Shown here: piece by piece, positions 9,960 through 23,348 of the stretch
How the letters are laid out: every line of letters starts with the position of its first letter
How positions within the stretch are numbered: position 1 is the first letter of the stretch
DNA from: Blasia pusilla
Taxonomy: Eukaryota
DNA: 64,000 nucleotides
NCBI GenBank assembly: GCA_050084515.1
Contig: CM114271.1
Location: forward strand, 2,108,001-2,172,000
Direction: 5' to 3'
Translations under genes and position numbers: made by a program
The notes under the pieces: model-generated
The model's input: the letters and a program-made list of their open reading frames with translations, nothing else
What the model was told of the DNA's origin: nothing
Databases searched by the model: none

Positions 9960-11980
9960 ACCAGAATACCAGCCCTCCTCCTAAACTCATGGTAATCATC
10001 CATGGGTGGTCCCTCCAAGTGCTGAAACAACCGCTTCCAAGCCAAGAAGGGTGTAAACAATGTGGCGTTCCGCAACATCTGCATATCATTCCACGTATCA
10101 AACTCCTGAATGAAGTCCTCCAACTCAATGGTGCCCACTACACCCAATTATCGTCATGGGCCCTTCATGGCCCCATACATCCCGTCCATGTCCCAAATCA
10201 ATGGAGCTGCAACACTCGATAACAACGTAGAAGACTTGGTGTTTGGAACACCCTCGTCCTCCTCTTCATCAACCGTCGGAAGTGGAAAAGGTAGCTGATA
10301 CCTCAATCCACTCCGTGTAAAACCACCACTGTCCGCACCACGGTCCCCAACCAGGTCACCAGACAGCTTCGTGATGACCAACGCCGATGTCGCACCACCA
10401 CCAAATCACCACCACTAAGTAACCAAGTGACGTCGATGTCGATGTACTATTCTAGCTCTACTAGCTATGGGTGTGGGCAACCTAACCTATCATCACCACA
10501 AGAAGCCTCCCACGGTCTACTCGTCATCACTCCAGTCTCACTGTGAGAGAAACAAATGAAGTTTGACTGGTCATCACTCCAACCTCACTACCCGTAGCAC
10601 ACAGGAGTAAAACTACTCTGGAAATCAGCATCAGCCCTAACAATGGGCGCCCAAGCAAGAAGCAATGATGGAGGGGATCCAAATACATGAAGTCCAACAA
10701 CAACCCTCCAATCGCAACTGGAAGTACAAAATGAAAATCAAGGTAACACAATCCACCAAACGTGGTGCCCCCTCAATCCACAGAACCAACCACACAATTC
10801 TAACGCAATGGTTACTCTGCCGGTGGTCGATGACGTGCTAGTCGCACTTGCAACACCTGAAAATATCACCTGCATAGAGAGTCCACACCGTACTATGCGC
10901 TAGAGGTCCATCAACCAAAAACCCGAGATGCATAAAAGCGCCTAATGCATCTCCAAATAACACCAAATGAGCTACATCAGTGTGTACACTGACATAGTTA
11001 AGTACTCAGCAGTTAAGCATCTTCCAGGCAGAATAGCCCAAAGATGGGTGACCAGTTATGCAACACTCAACTCACAAATCCTGCAAAAACTGCCTCACGC
11101 CCAAGCAAGCAAGCTTGCTTGCGCCTTGCTCCTTGCTCCTTACTTCGCCTCAAACGCCCACTCGCCCCGAGCTACCACGAGTTGCCTCGAAGCCTCGAAA
11201 CAACATGCTCGAGACATGCCCGTTCTTGCCCCGTTCGCCACGCTTTGCTATGGAGAGAGGCCCAGACAGGGCGCCTCCAACGGGATAGGCGTCTCCAACA
11301 ACAGACGAGTCACCAACCAACCAGCCCCTCCGATCTGCTGTCCACCATAGCCACACCTTGAGCTAGTCCGCAAAATTTTGACCAACGATAACTCCACAAA
11401 TCCTCGACCAAAATTGAATCTATTTCAACGAGAATTCAATTGGTCACCATATTCCATACATGCGTATTGGCAACATCGCAAGCACAATGGGTGCTAGAGA
11501 GCGGGATCGGATGTTGTGCGAATCCACATCGTCATACAACATACATCGTTGACATACCAGACTCACATACATACATAACATAGAGGAGAGCATACACAAA
11601 CACAAGTGTACCACAACTGAAATCCGTGAAAGATTCTATACGTGTGTAAAACACGTATAGAATCACATACAATCGAGCCAAACCCACTCCACGATGGGAG
11701 AATCCAGGTCGAAGCTTTCGAAAACCACCATAGCCAAGAGCTCTACTCACTACCAAGGCTAACTCCCAACGCAACACGCTCAACTCAAAGAACTAACTGT
11801 TCTTTGAGTACACTCCACACTATACCCTCCAACCTAAGGGTGGGCCCTATTGGAAAAGTCACCCTCAACGGAGTAACCCCCAACCCTATGTATGAAACCG
11901 CATCCCTACCTACACACTAAGGCCCTACATAAGGTATGACCTCTACTAGCACACTATACTCTATGACATAATCCGTATGG
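9960..11980 (-). mobile_element. Ty3/gypsy remnant: LTR-like segment (~11530-11980), leader and gag fragment
   Basis: Gag-like ELEDFIQEFDTW..FTPFLAWKRLFQHLEGPPMDDYHEF at 9970-10147. The stretch 11530-11720 is reverse-complement similar to LTR sequence at 14050-14280. Boundaries are approximate. Confidence 0.5.
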
Positions 11981-11989
11981 TCATGACAC

Positions 11990-14350
11990 GGATCCTACAA
12001 CGAGCCAGATGGTTTTGGTAGGAGGGGACATATATGTTGCAAGTTTGGGAGGATGGTAGAGTGCGTGTAGTGCCCCATCCTTCGTAGAGAGCACGTTTGG
12101 TGTGGTATGCCCACAAGGAGTTGGGTCATTTTGGAGTGAAGCGCACATACAACTTGCTCCAGATACAACATTGATGGCGAGGCATGCAGACTGAGGTTCA
12201 ACAGCTTGTTGCCATGTGCATGGTGTATGATCAAGTCCGAGCATCGTTCAATGCTCCGACTCCACACTTGCATCCACTTCCGATCATGGGTTTAGGTTAT
12301 AGATGGAGTTTGGATTTTGCAGGACCTTTGCCTTTGACGGAGCGCCATAGTCATTATGTGTTGTTGATGGTTGAGCACTTCTCGAAATGGATAGATTTGG
12401 TTGCATTGCCTGACAAAGCAAGTGAGGGAGTAGCATATGCCTTCCTAGATTGAGTTCTGAGTCATTACGGCCCACCAACTAAGGTGTGACACAGCAAGGT
12501 ACAGAGTTTTGCGGGGAGTTTCAGGCCTTGTGTGATCAGGCGCTGATCAACCCACACACCACTTCGCGTGATCATCCTGAGGCAGATGGACTAGCGGAGA
12601 GGGTTGTGCAGATGGTGAAGAGAGGATTACGCAAGTATGGCTTGCACAGAGGTCACCTAAGAGATTGGGACCTTCAGTTGCCGTGGTTGGCGATGGGATA
12701 CAGATTCAGCAGGCAGGCATCCTTAGCGTCTTTCTCACTGTACTTGCTACTTTATGGCTGAGAGCCAGATTTACCTACGGCCATTCGTCGAGATATTGGT
12801 GAGGTGTTGAACCTTGATGACCTTAATGTATGGATGCGAGCATGTTCTTAGAGGGCTGAGTTGTTTCGGAGAGTGATGCCCATGGCGTTTAAGAACTTGG
12901 CGATTGCGCAGCATCGGCATACATTGAGGTATGTGACTATTCGGGGAGGTGGTTATCGACCTACTATCCGGAGGTTTCATTAGGGAGACTATGTCTACTT
13001 GCAACAAACGGCACCTACCATGTTGGATGTGACTGGTGGGTGCACCATCTTGAGAGTGCATGAGATTTTGCCATCTGATGTTCTCTTATTGGAGGGACGC
13101 GATGGTATGGTTTGGAAGGACCATATGCATAACTGTGCACCATGTCATCTTCCAAACATTGACGATACAGTTGATTCAAGCTTAGCAGTAGTTCCTACAT
13201 GCTTGCGGTGTATGTTGTGTGGTTCGGCCCGTGGCGCAACCACTATGCTAGTCTGTGATGGGTGTTTCAGAGGATGGCATATGGCATGTCTCACACCACC
13301 TCTTACTAGGGTTCTTGAGGGACGATAGATGTGTCCTAGATGTACATAGAGTAGGGAGTTCTAGATTCCAACTTGTGTTTGTGACATGGATGACAAGAAG
13401 GCAACTAACGATGGGGCCACATGAGCACTCGGCCTTTTTGCTCTTAGCGTCCGACAGATGTATGTCATTGTAGGTAGGGATAGATGGCTATCTCGAGTTA
13501 GAGGGACCTAACCACCAGCTAGGGGGAAAATTGGAGATATTTTGGTACTTCTTGTCTCATTTTTTAGATACCATGAGTTAGCATGGAACCGTGTGTGTTT
13601 GTGTGTATGTTTGGCGATAGCGATGTATATTGTATAGCGATGTGTATATGCACGACAATTATCACGATTTTTTTTTATATATCGGAGAGATCTGGTAGAG
13701 TTCCTTTGCAAGTAGAGGAGGACAGGCTCAAGAGGTCGAGGATGACCTGCAGAAGTCACATGTTTCCCCTTCGTTTTGGCTCATTTGGAGCCATATAGAG
13801 AAACTTACTATTCGGGTAAGTTTCCATTTAGAGCATAGTTGAATTTCTACTTTGGGAAGTAACCCTTGACCTGCTACAGTAGGTCAAGAGCCAAGGAGGT
13901 GACCTACGAACATAGGTTACCGAGGAGAGAGCTTGGGAGAGGGAAGGGGGTATACCTCAAGGAGAGAGAGCTTGAGAACTCATTCTCTCTTTATTGAACC
14001 TCTTGGCACAAGATGGCGGAGTTATGGTCCCTTCCCTTGTGAGTGTAACCCAAACCTCTCATTAGGAGAGTGGGTTTGGTTTGACATTGAGAGAGAGTGC
14101 ACACATTTGAGAGTTATGGTGTTGAGAAAGATTGGATCTACTTGATTTAATTGGAGATATTTTGGTACTTCTTGTCTCGTTGTTTGGATACCATGAGTTA
14201 GCATGGGATCGTGTGTGTTTGTGTGTATGTTTGGTGACAACGATGTATGTTGTGTAGCGATGTGTATGTGCACGATAGCTTGAAGATGTGTAGTTGAAGG
14301 TATGAGATCCAAACTTGGAGTGGAACCCTTGGAGGATATATGTAACATCA
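11990..14350 (+). mobile_element. Ty3/gypsy 3' remnant: integrase with C-terminal PHD finger, PPT and 3' LTR
   Basis: HHCC zinc finger (GHFGVKRT..C), core WSLDFAGPLP..EHFSKW..QGTEF..HPEADGLAER and PHD at 13209-13346. PPT AGGGGGAAAA at 13521-13530. LTR-like TG(13532)...CA(14350) with an internal ~130-bp repeat (13531/14151). Many stops and frameshifts. Confidence 0.85.
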
Positions 14351-15168
14351 CCCAATTGAAATGACGGAGGCAATTCGAGACAATGCATTCCTATTGCTAT
14401 CCTAAAGGGGTGATGGATTAATGGTATCCCATCTAAATCATTTATTTGTGAGTTTTTCTTTCTTTCTTTCCTTCTTAGGACGGGCCAAGTTCTCTAACTA
14501 TATCATTGTTGCTCGAATTTATATCCATATTATAATTGGAAACCATATATGCATAATAAGAAAAACTATCAACAAGCTTGCAATTTTTTCCCTTAATTCA
14601 CACTTGATATTTTGAAAAGGAAAAATGAATGTAAGAGGGAATGTAAGAGGAGTACGAATTTTTAGACCTTTATGGAATGGTGGAACTATTTACGGGAGTG
14701 GGGTATTATTTAAGTTTTAATTGAAGAGTGGAATGTTATTATTTCTTTCAGATCTGAGAAAATAGAAATTATTTAAATTTTAAAATGAAAAGTATGATTC
14801 ATTAAAAAAAATTCCTCAAAAGGGAAGAATAAGAGATCCTCAAGTCTCTCACATAATCAAAATATTTTAAAGGCAATCTGATTCTTTCAAATGGAAAGGC
14901 ATACTATTTTACGATAATGCAAAAATGTCTACCATCCTAAGATAAAAAACTTAAATATGCATATGGGAATGGGACCCACTTATTAGTGAACCCAAATAGG
15001 GGAGAGCTCATCCACTCACTAGTCAACACCTCTTACTTCCTATCTCATTAAAAGCAAAAGAGCCCAACACTTTCATTCTCTTTGAGGAAAATAGGGAATG
15101 GCTGAGAAAACATAGGACATATGAGAACACGAACAGAATTTTGCTGGTGCTGAAGGGCCGGTCCAGCT

Positions 15169-17975
15169 ATGGCGGCATTGGTGTCGCTCGGGTTGGGATC
15201 CTTGGCTTCGCGCGGTGCAGCAGCATCCTCATGGCAGAGCTTCAGCCGTGTGCAAGCAACTCGCCAGCGCCAACCAGTGAGCTTGGCAGTGAAATGCGCA
15301 GGTAAGAGTTTGTCAGATGCTGTGTCTCCAGAGAGCAGAGCGGACAAGAGATGATGGTGGACGGTTTCAGGATTGCGTTTGGTTTGGACTGTCCGCTATG
15401 GTGCTGCAGTGTCCGAATGAATGAAAGAGTGAGAGCTGTGCAGCGTTTGAGATTCTGCTTTAGGGAGAGGAGAGAAGAGGTAGAGGATGGTGATGGTGAT
15501 GGTGTTGCGTTTGGTTTTGGTAGTCCGCTTTGGTGCTGCAGGGTATGAATGAAATAGTGCGAGATGTGCAGCAATTCTGATTGTGCTGTAGGGATTGGGG
15601 TTGGGGGCGCGAGTTCTGAGAGCAACTCGTTGTCTGGATGAAATGTGGCTGGAATGTTCGGGTACGGAGGTGTTGAGTGCTGTGAATAAGCGAGAGAAGC
15701 CTTGAGAGGTAGGATCAGTTCGGTTCCTGTTGCAAGCATTGTCTTAGTGTAATATCTCTGGCAGCAACTCGCTTTGTGGATACAATTGAGGATGTGAATT
15801 GGAGACGAGTGGCGAGTTGCCATTTGAGGTAGGAGCTGCTCGGTTCCTGATGTCAGCCTTTGGCTAAGTGTGCTATCTCTGTGAGCAATTTGCTTCTTTG
15901 CCAATTGTGAAGATCCGTAAAACTCAATTGTCAGTTCTTCTCCGTCGGAAATTTTCTTTGTGGATACAATTGAGGTTACGTACAATATCCACTACGGTTG
16001 TGCAGTGAGTTATGTATTTTGGCGAATTTTCTTTCTGTTGCGCATTCATGCTGGAATCTCAGCTCTGCACCTTCACCTAATGGCGAAGACCTGTGAAACG
16101 CAATTGCCGGTGGATTTCTGTCAGCAATTTGCTTATTTGTGGATATAATTGAGGCTGAGCACAATATTGGCCACCACGGTCGTGTAGTGAGTTGTCTGTT
16201 TGGGCGAATTGCCTTTTTGTTGCGAGTTCTGAGTTTTGCAGCTTCACCCAATTATTGGTGAGGACCTGTGAAATGCAATTATGGTATGTCGAGTCTCGAG
16301 TCTCCGGTGGGAAATTGCTCATGGAATCCAACTTTCACGGTAGATGATTGTCCCGGAGAGACCAAGTCACATTCGTGGAACGAGATTGGGTCGGAAAGAT
16401 TGCCGGGTCTGGCACTTGAATTCGCCAGAGAGCAGACATGTTGATTTTGAAAGTTGAGGGGTTAGCCATCATCTGACTTTGCCTCAGCGCGTGATCCGAT
16501 TGAGATTGGATCTCTATCATTGAACTCACTCCTAGGTAATGGATCTCCATGCGGTTGTAAATGGCTGACAATTAACCAGCCTGCTGATAGCGATTTTCTT
16601 GTGTCTTCTACTGACTATACGCTGTTAACCGCTCTTAGCTGTTTGAGCAGAAAGTTTCCCGACCTCTTAAATCCTTGAGATGTGGGCTCTTCAATCCATC
16701 TTACCCAGAGGTAATGTAGGTGACGTTGTCAACATGGGTCACAGTGGGACTCAACGCCATAATCTGAGCGATAACTTTGTGAGTGAGTGAGTGATAGCCT
16801 AATATTTATAAACGTTGTACACATTTGAAAAGAGGAGTTGCACCTCTTACAGCTTTGAATAGAAAATTGGGGACCATTTTCGTTGGTTTGAAGGGTGTCT
16901 GAGGGCCCTGATCGATTTGGTGAGACCTCTTAGCTGCTCTGCTGTTTTACCCTACTGAAACTATTGAAATTATCGGAATGTAGAGTTGAAAGACATTCGT
17001 TTGTGTTTTTGTGCGTTTGTTTGTGTAGCGGTGGTGCAAACAGAAGTTTTGACAGAGGGACCGTCGAAGGTTGAGCATGGAGCATGGATGACCTTTGTGG
17101 AGCGTGTGTCTGGAGAATGGGATGGTTATGGAGCTGATTTCACGCCCACAGGTGAGCCACTGGAGCTTCCCTCTTCAGTGGTTCCAGATGCCTTCAGAGA
17201 TTGGGGGGTGGAGATTCATGATTGGCAGACGATGTGCCCCACTCTAGCACACGAAGAGATTGATAGAAGTTTCACATACAGAGTGATTCGCTTACTCCCT
17301 ACGGTAGGCTGTGAAGCAGACGCTGCCACTCCTTACTGCATCGAAGAACGGGACCTGGAGACAGCTGAAAGCTATGCCTTCCATGCCAATGGTTCCTACA
17401 CTGCAGTGTGGCCAGGGAAGGGAGTTACTAAGAACAACCCAGAGCCTGGAAGAACTGGAAAGATTGTGATTCGGGACCTCGACTGCAAAGACCACTGGGA
17501 GATCGAGCACTGCCTAGTGAAAGAAGGTGCATCCACAAGATCTCGGGCAAGAATACTGCAACAATTCAAGATTGAGGAGAACACAAATCTGCTGAAATTG
17601 AAGCACATGACGATGTACCTTGAAGAATGGGAGGGTCCATTTAGAAACGGAGAATCTCTTGGAGGTTGTTCCACCAGTGGATCTAGTTTTGCTACAACCG
17701 ACCGTCTCCAATCTGCTCATTTGGCTGGGAGCTGGCATGTGGAGAGCTTCTTTGCTGAGGGAGAAGAATCTTCACGCAAGCAGCTACTTTCACAACGTTC
17801 AGCAGATGTTGAAAGAGCAGATGCATGCGGCATAGTTCCTCTTCCCAAGAACTTGTGGTCCACGGTGAAGGCCTCTGAGAATTTGAGCTACTACACCATT
17901 GAGGCTGGATGGCTGGTCACTCCTGATCAGACTATCGTATCAACATGTGAATATCTGCCCACAGGCCAATTTCAG
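15169..17975 (+). CDS. Conserved plant uncharacterised protein with putative plastid transit peptide (resembles Arabidopsis AT4G38225 family, from memory); last exon unresolved
   Basis: Exon 1 is 15169-15301 (Ser/Ala/Arg-rich, G|GTAAG). Exon 2 is 17029-17975, phase-consistent, with SGEWDGYGADF..VVPDAFRDWGVEIHDWQTMCPTLA..LLPTVGCEADAA and EEWEGPFRNGESLGGC. Donor CAG|GTGAG at 17976. Confidence 0.8.
15776..16290. repeat. Degenerate ~180-bp tandem repeat in intron 1
   Basis: TGTGGATA(C/T)AATTGAGG at about 15776, 15959 and 16138, with similar downstream sequence. Confidence 0.6.
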
Positions 17976-18129
17976 GTGAGAGGCGTACACCCGAAATGTT
18001 CTCGATGAAGTCACCATGATTTTTGCATTTTCATGGAGATCATTGATTCTCAGCCATTGAGGACAGTGGTTGTGGTGACTGCTCAAGACGTGATCACATC
18101 CTCCTCTCCTGTCCTCTCCTCTCATCATC

Positions 18130-18965
18130 ATCTCTCTCTCTCACAATTGCAACCAGGGCGCTGGGTCTATGGTCGCAAGGCTACAACAGGCACTACTTAA
18201 TGAGTACAGTCTCTCACAATTGCAACAACTGCGATAACCTCAGACTAGAGTTCCCTGATAGAGCTAGCTCATCCAAGGCCCTACCTTCATGGGTCTATGG
18301 TCGCGAGGCCACGACATGCACTACTTAATGAGTACTCTCTCTCTCTCAAAATTGCAACAACTGCGATAACATCAGATTAGAGTTCCCTGATAGAACTAGC
18401 TCTTCCAAGGCCCTGCCCTCATTGGTCTATGGTCGCAAGGCTACGACAGGCACTACTTAATGAGTACACACACTCTCTCTCTATCCATTGGGGATCCCAA
18501 TCAGGTAAAGTAAATAGTGTGGTGAAGAGTTTCTTGGCTGACACTTGGAAGCTCCGCACCGACACGTTGTTCGGTCAGCACTCACACTTTATGAGAGTGT
18601 CTCCCTCCTCTCATATGGTACCTTCTTCACTTGCTCCTTTCTCTACACCCATCCCAGTCTCAAGCACGGGGCGCGGGGTCTATGGTCGCAAGGCTTCGAC
18701 AGGTACTACTTAATGAGTACTCTCTCTCTCTCTCTTTCTGAGAGTGTCTCCCTCCTCTCATATGGTACCTTCTTCACTTGCTTCTCTCTCTACACCCATC
18801 CCAGTCTCAAGCACCGTCCAACCAGGGCGCGGGGTCTATGGTCGCAAGGCTACGACAGGCACTACTTAATGAGTAGTGTCTCTCAAAATTGCAACAACTG
18901 CGATAACATGAGACTAGAGTACCCTGATAGAGCTAGCTCTTCCAAGGCCCTACGCTCATGGTCAT
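18130..18965 (+). repeat. Modular repeat array (~130-bp units) interleaved with a dispersed, probably LINE-3'-end-derived fragment
   Basis: GGTCTATGGTCGCAAGGCTACGACAGGCACTACTTAATGAGTAC-like module occurs five times (about 18163, 18291, 18424, 18677, 18832). 18510-18640 is similar to the reverse complement of 33100-33220. Confidence 0.8.
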
Positions 18966-21238
18966 TGGTTTCATGGCTTGCAAGAACCACGCCCAGATTG
19001 ATAAATTCCCGCACAGTTTTATGAAGGTTAGGGAATATCTACTTGAAAATAGGACCTCCTGCTTTCTGCCATTCCTGCTCAAGTGTTGCATAATTGCAAA
19101 TCAAAATTCCATGGCCCATTTGAGTCCTAGGGTTTAGGGTTAGTAGCTCGTTGTGTCTTATAATTGATGGGTTCTCCCTTCCTCTTGTATCCATGGTGTC
19201 TTTCCTTTCTCGAGAAGACAATAGAACAATAAGACGTGCAATTAACTGCTTGTGGAGGTTGCTTTTCATGCAATGTTTTAGGTTTCCAACATCAGGTTTG
19301 AGCAAAGGAGTTGATGGTGAAATAAAATCCATCAAACACTCCAAACTGCAATCCCTATGGGAATATCAAGTCTGCTATATGGACCAGTGTAACATTGTAG
19401 TTCTATACATGAGGAGAAGGCTCTTCTTCCCCAGACTACATAGCGGGATGAACTCAGGCAAGGGTAAATTCCAACCGATCTTTCAGTGTGTGATACTCGA
19501 GTTCGGACGATGACCTTTGTTTTCTAGCTGATCAATTGGAGAAATAGAAGCATGTTCTAACCAAACGAGTTAATATGGATTGTTGGTTTGGGAATTGTGA
19601 ATATGACAAGCACGCGGTGGGTTGGTATGTCTTTAACAAACTCACTATCACAATGAGTGTGAAAGACTTCAAAAGAAATGCCTTGGAAGATTGGATGGTA
19701 GAATAGAATTCAAATCTTGGTTGCATGCACCATTGATCTCCTACATGAGTACGTCGGCCATAATGGCCTCTCGAAAGTATTCAACTCAATTATATGCCCA
19801 AAGGAAGTTTGGCACAAGAACCACAAATGGTTTCTCCAACCAAGATCCACTACGAGGTGCTCATGCAGGTATTGATTTACCTCTATCAAATAGGGCATGA
19901 TTATTAACAAGGTGTTCGTGCAATTGTGGATTTTCCCCTCTCAGGGTTTAGGGTCCGCGGACATGTCCATGTCTGTGCGGGCTTGGGTTCGCGTGGCCCA
20001 CACCCGAGCGTGTCGCATAGAGCCGGGCTGACGGAGCCAGCACCCGTTGGGTGGCCCATCAAAGCCGGCAACTAGGCGCGCACAAGGCTTGCACATGAAA
20101 CATACCCTTGGTTTCACGAATTCTTGTGTCCCATGTACTTTACAAGGTCAAAATTCACAAGCTTGCATATGCACAAACACAATGCAAATTCAATAGTGCA
20201 CCATCCATAAAATTGACTCTAACTATATTTATATTAATATATTTTGAATATTATATTTAATATGTCCTATAGATATAATTTTGAGTAATGCTATGAAAGG
20301 GAAGTTTCTCCCTATGTCCTAGCATAACATTCATTCCCAATCTGATTAATAAATATTATAATTTCTTGTCATACTTATAGCTACCTATGTCCTAGCATGA
20401 CATTTATTCCCAATATGATGTAGAAACACTAGAAAATACACATCGTGCTTATAGCCAAGAAATATAAGGCCAATACACTCCAAATTCATATGTGTGTGAT
20501 CTTGATATAAATCTTGCTTCGCTCCTTACAAGAGGAACAAGATCAATACAAAAGCATAGTTTTGTTGTAATGCACAAGGGATGCCACTCTTTGGCCATGA
20601 TATCAAAATATGGGATCCTAAGTGAGCTTCTTGAAGATTATTCACCCCCACCCCTCCTTTCTTCAACTTAGTAAAAAAGCATTTCAACACACAAAAACTC
20701 CATCATCTTGTATGCCCTTGCCCTAGCCCTAACAAAATGATGTTGCTTATAGATGCTACACATGTGATTTTTAAATCTGAATTATTTCCTTTAAAAAAAT
20801 TAGAATTGATATCGACAAACAATATCACTCATGTAATGGGTGATACTGTTAATTGTAACCCAAAATGATTATGCTATTTTTTTGCCAAAAACTCTTTAGT
20901 ACTCAAAATTATGACAATATGCATATCGCATATCTACACATCGTGATGAAGGCGACATTGGAAAAGGGCGCTATTAGGATATCCCTATGAGGGCCACTCA
21001 AAAGGATTCTTGCACATGTGTGGATCCAAGAGCCATTAGAGATCACACCTAAGATATGTAATCAATACAATTTTGTTTATTAAAAAACCTTTTTCAAAGA
21101 AATAGAGAGTATGCACAATAATCCCACCTTCTTGTCATTAGAAATTGGAAAAACCCCAAAACAGGAAGCAAAATAAAGGTTAAATAAAAATAAAATCAAC
21201 TATCCCCATTACTAGTGAGTAAATCCAATTTCACTTAA

Positions 21239-21560
21239 CTAGTATGTTGCCCATGCGATACACGAGTACCAGATTTTCCCCTTAATTTAATCACTTTTAA
21301 ATGACACTCATAACAATAGAAGAGTCTCAAGAGGACAAGTGTCAACATTGTCAATAGAAGGGGCTTAAAAGCGCATGTGTCAACACTTGAGAAGGGTTTC
21401 TTCTAATGCCATGCATGGGAGTGTAGGGACTAATCATGTTGCACACAAATTTTTTTATGTTGCCTATAGAATGGAAAACATTTTCTTGTTGCCCGGTTGC
21501 CACATGTCAAGCAGAGAGGTGTTTGCACATCAAGAAAGCACTCTCCAATAAAAATATAGA
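21239..21560 (-). mobile_element. Non-autonomous Helitron
   Basis: On the - strand it starts A|TCTATATTTTTATTGGAGAG and ends with an imperfect hairpin plus CTAG|T. No TSD; inserted between A and T. Confidence 0.7.
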
Positions 21561-23348
21561 TTATAAAAAAAACTTAAAAGAGAACAAAGAAGGGCAATAA
21601 TATCATGAGAAGGGAAGGAATCAAGAAATCCAAAAAGAAATACAAAAGAAAACAAGCAAGGCAAGAAGCCAACAAAAAACCAACTCAACAAGCTACACTA
21701 TTAATAACTAGAAACAAATATGGCAAGAATAGTAGTAGTTGGTCAGACATGAATGGACAAAAAGGTGCACGACCCCTAGCCACTTAGGCTTGACGTATCA
21801 ACACCAATGGTTGTACACATTGTAAAGCCACCAAGACACATTTCTAAAAATAAGTTGTGACTACGAAGAGAGAAGAACTATCTGAAGGGGCACACTGGTG
21901 ATCTTTGAGGGAATGGTAAGCATATGTTTTCTGGAAAGTATCCAAAGATAGATGTAAGTGACCAAATACTTTCCCTGCAAAAGAAATAAGTCCCTCGGTC
22001 ACATATATCATCATATAACTTAATCCCATGATTCTTTCTATTGCATCGGCCATAGAACCTTTACTAAATATACCTTGACAAACCAAATCAGAATGCGGTG
22101 GATAAACCATCACCACATCATTTGATAGATGAAAACCACCTCGAGAATTAACAAGATCAACTCTTTGACAAGAGTTTGCTTGTGTGGTAGAAGATAGGAC
22201 ATATATCTACTCTTACCCAACGATATACATTGTGGTACGAGCCATCGATGCTACCTCTAATCACATCAAAGGTTTTTGTTTGTTCTCCATCATGTGCATA
22301 TTAGAGAATGTGGTACTCTTTGGATCAATATATCCCCCCTATACACCATTCGACATACTTAGAAGAGAAGGATGGGGAAGTCTAAGGCATAACCACAAAG
22401 TTTCCAAGAATATACTCAAAGGGCGAAAAATGGAAGAAGAAGAGGATTTGTAGTAAGCCATGTCTGTGACTGTGTATTCCTATATGAACACAAACAAGCT
22501 CAATGATTGTCAGAGAATATCTTAGAGAGAATGTTGGAAGAGTCGATTTGGTGCAAATTCTCATAGATACGCCCTTGAATTTTATTAAACCCTTTTGTAC
22601 CAAATGAATAAAAGGAGGTATAATTACTTGTGTAGCAAGAGGAAAAAGAACTCGGGAAGATCTCAATTTTTGTTTGAATAATAGATTCATCCCTCCTCAA
22701 TATAGGCAATATGATCCATCAAGATATGTGCATCTCCTTGGAGAAACTTGAAGTCATAATCCGAGCAACCAAAACCTAACTTCCTAAACAAGTTGGTTAT
22801 GCATATGGGATTGTGGAGGAAAGCTCCACGCCTCCCAAAAAAAAAGGCAAGATAGTTTGTCTTGAAGCCAAGATACCAACATCTCCGTCAAATATGTCAA
22901 GACCCAAAAGTTGATCGGAAGTTGTCATGATAGAAGTGTTAAAAGAGATCAAACAATGTAAGAAATCTAAAGTAGGGGGACAAGTGTGAAGAAGGTAGAA
23001 GAGATGTTGTAGAAAACATTAGAGAGAATCCCATAAGCCACTTGGGAATCCCCCCAATGAAATAACAAATGAAGCCATTTTATATTTTTCAAAAGAGCTT
23101 CATCGAAGAACTTGTAGACATAATAAATAAAACAAATTGGGACCCTAAGAACCTGAACCTCTTCGATGCAAATGGTAAAATAAGGAATAGGTGGGATGAA
23201 TGTTGAGGGAAGGCATGAAGGAGAGGATATTCAACATTCACCAAGTTGGAATTTAAGGTAAGAGTTGCTTCACACAATGGATATAAGAAGAACCACTTTA
23301 AAAGGAGGACATATTAAATGGCATCATAAAAAATACAAGGGAAGAGAT
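21561..23348 (-). mobile_element. 5'-truncated, decayed copy of the CRE-like non-LTR retrotransposon at 42100-46370
   Basis: Peptides match the other copy (MVVYPPHSDLVC, LSYM..FAGKVFGHLHLSLDTF, LFKQKLRSSRVLFPLATQ), as does the T-rich 3' UTR. Confidence 0.85.

Noticed and set aside
15242-15985. 247-aa antisense ORF
   Set aside because: Overlaps exon 1 and a repetitive intron on the opposite strand; no recognisable domain.
16335-16812. TATA plus ATG on the - strand inside intron 1 (possible nested gene)
   Set aside because: Early stops in every frame and no recognisable protein motif.
19128-19143. TTTAGGG-like motifs here and at about 19943, 28331, 51880 and 60210
   Set aside because: One or two units only; ordinary plant telo-boxes, not interstitial telomere arrays.
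19487-19513. Candidate last exon (CVILEFGR*) for the plastid-type gene
   Set aside because: The acceptor is plausible but there is no homology or transcript support, so it is left unresolved.
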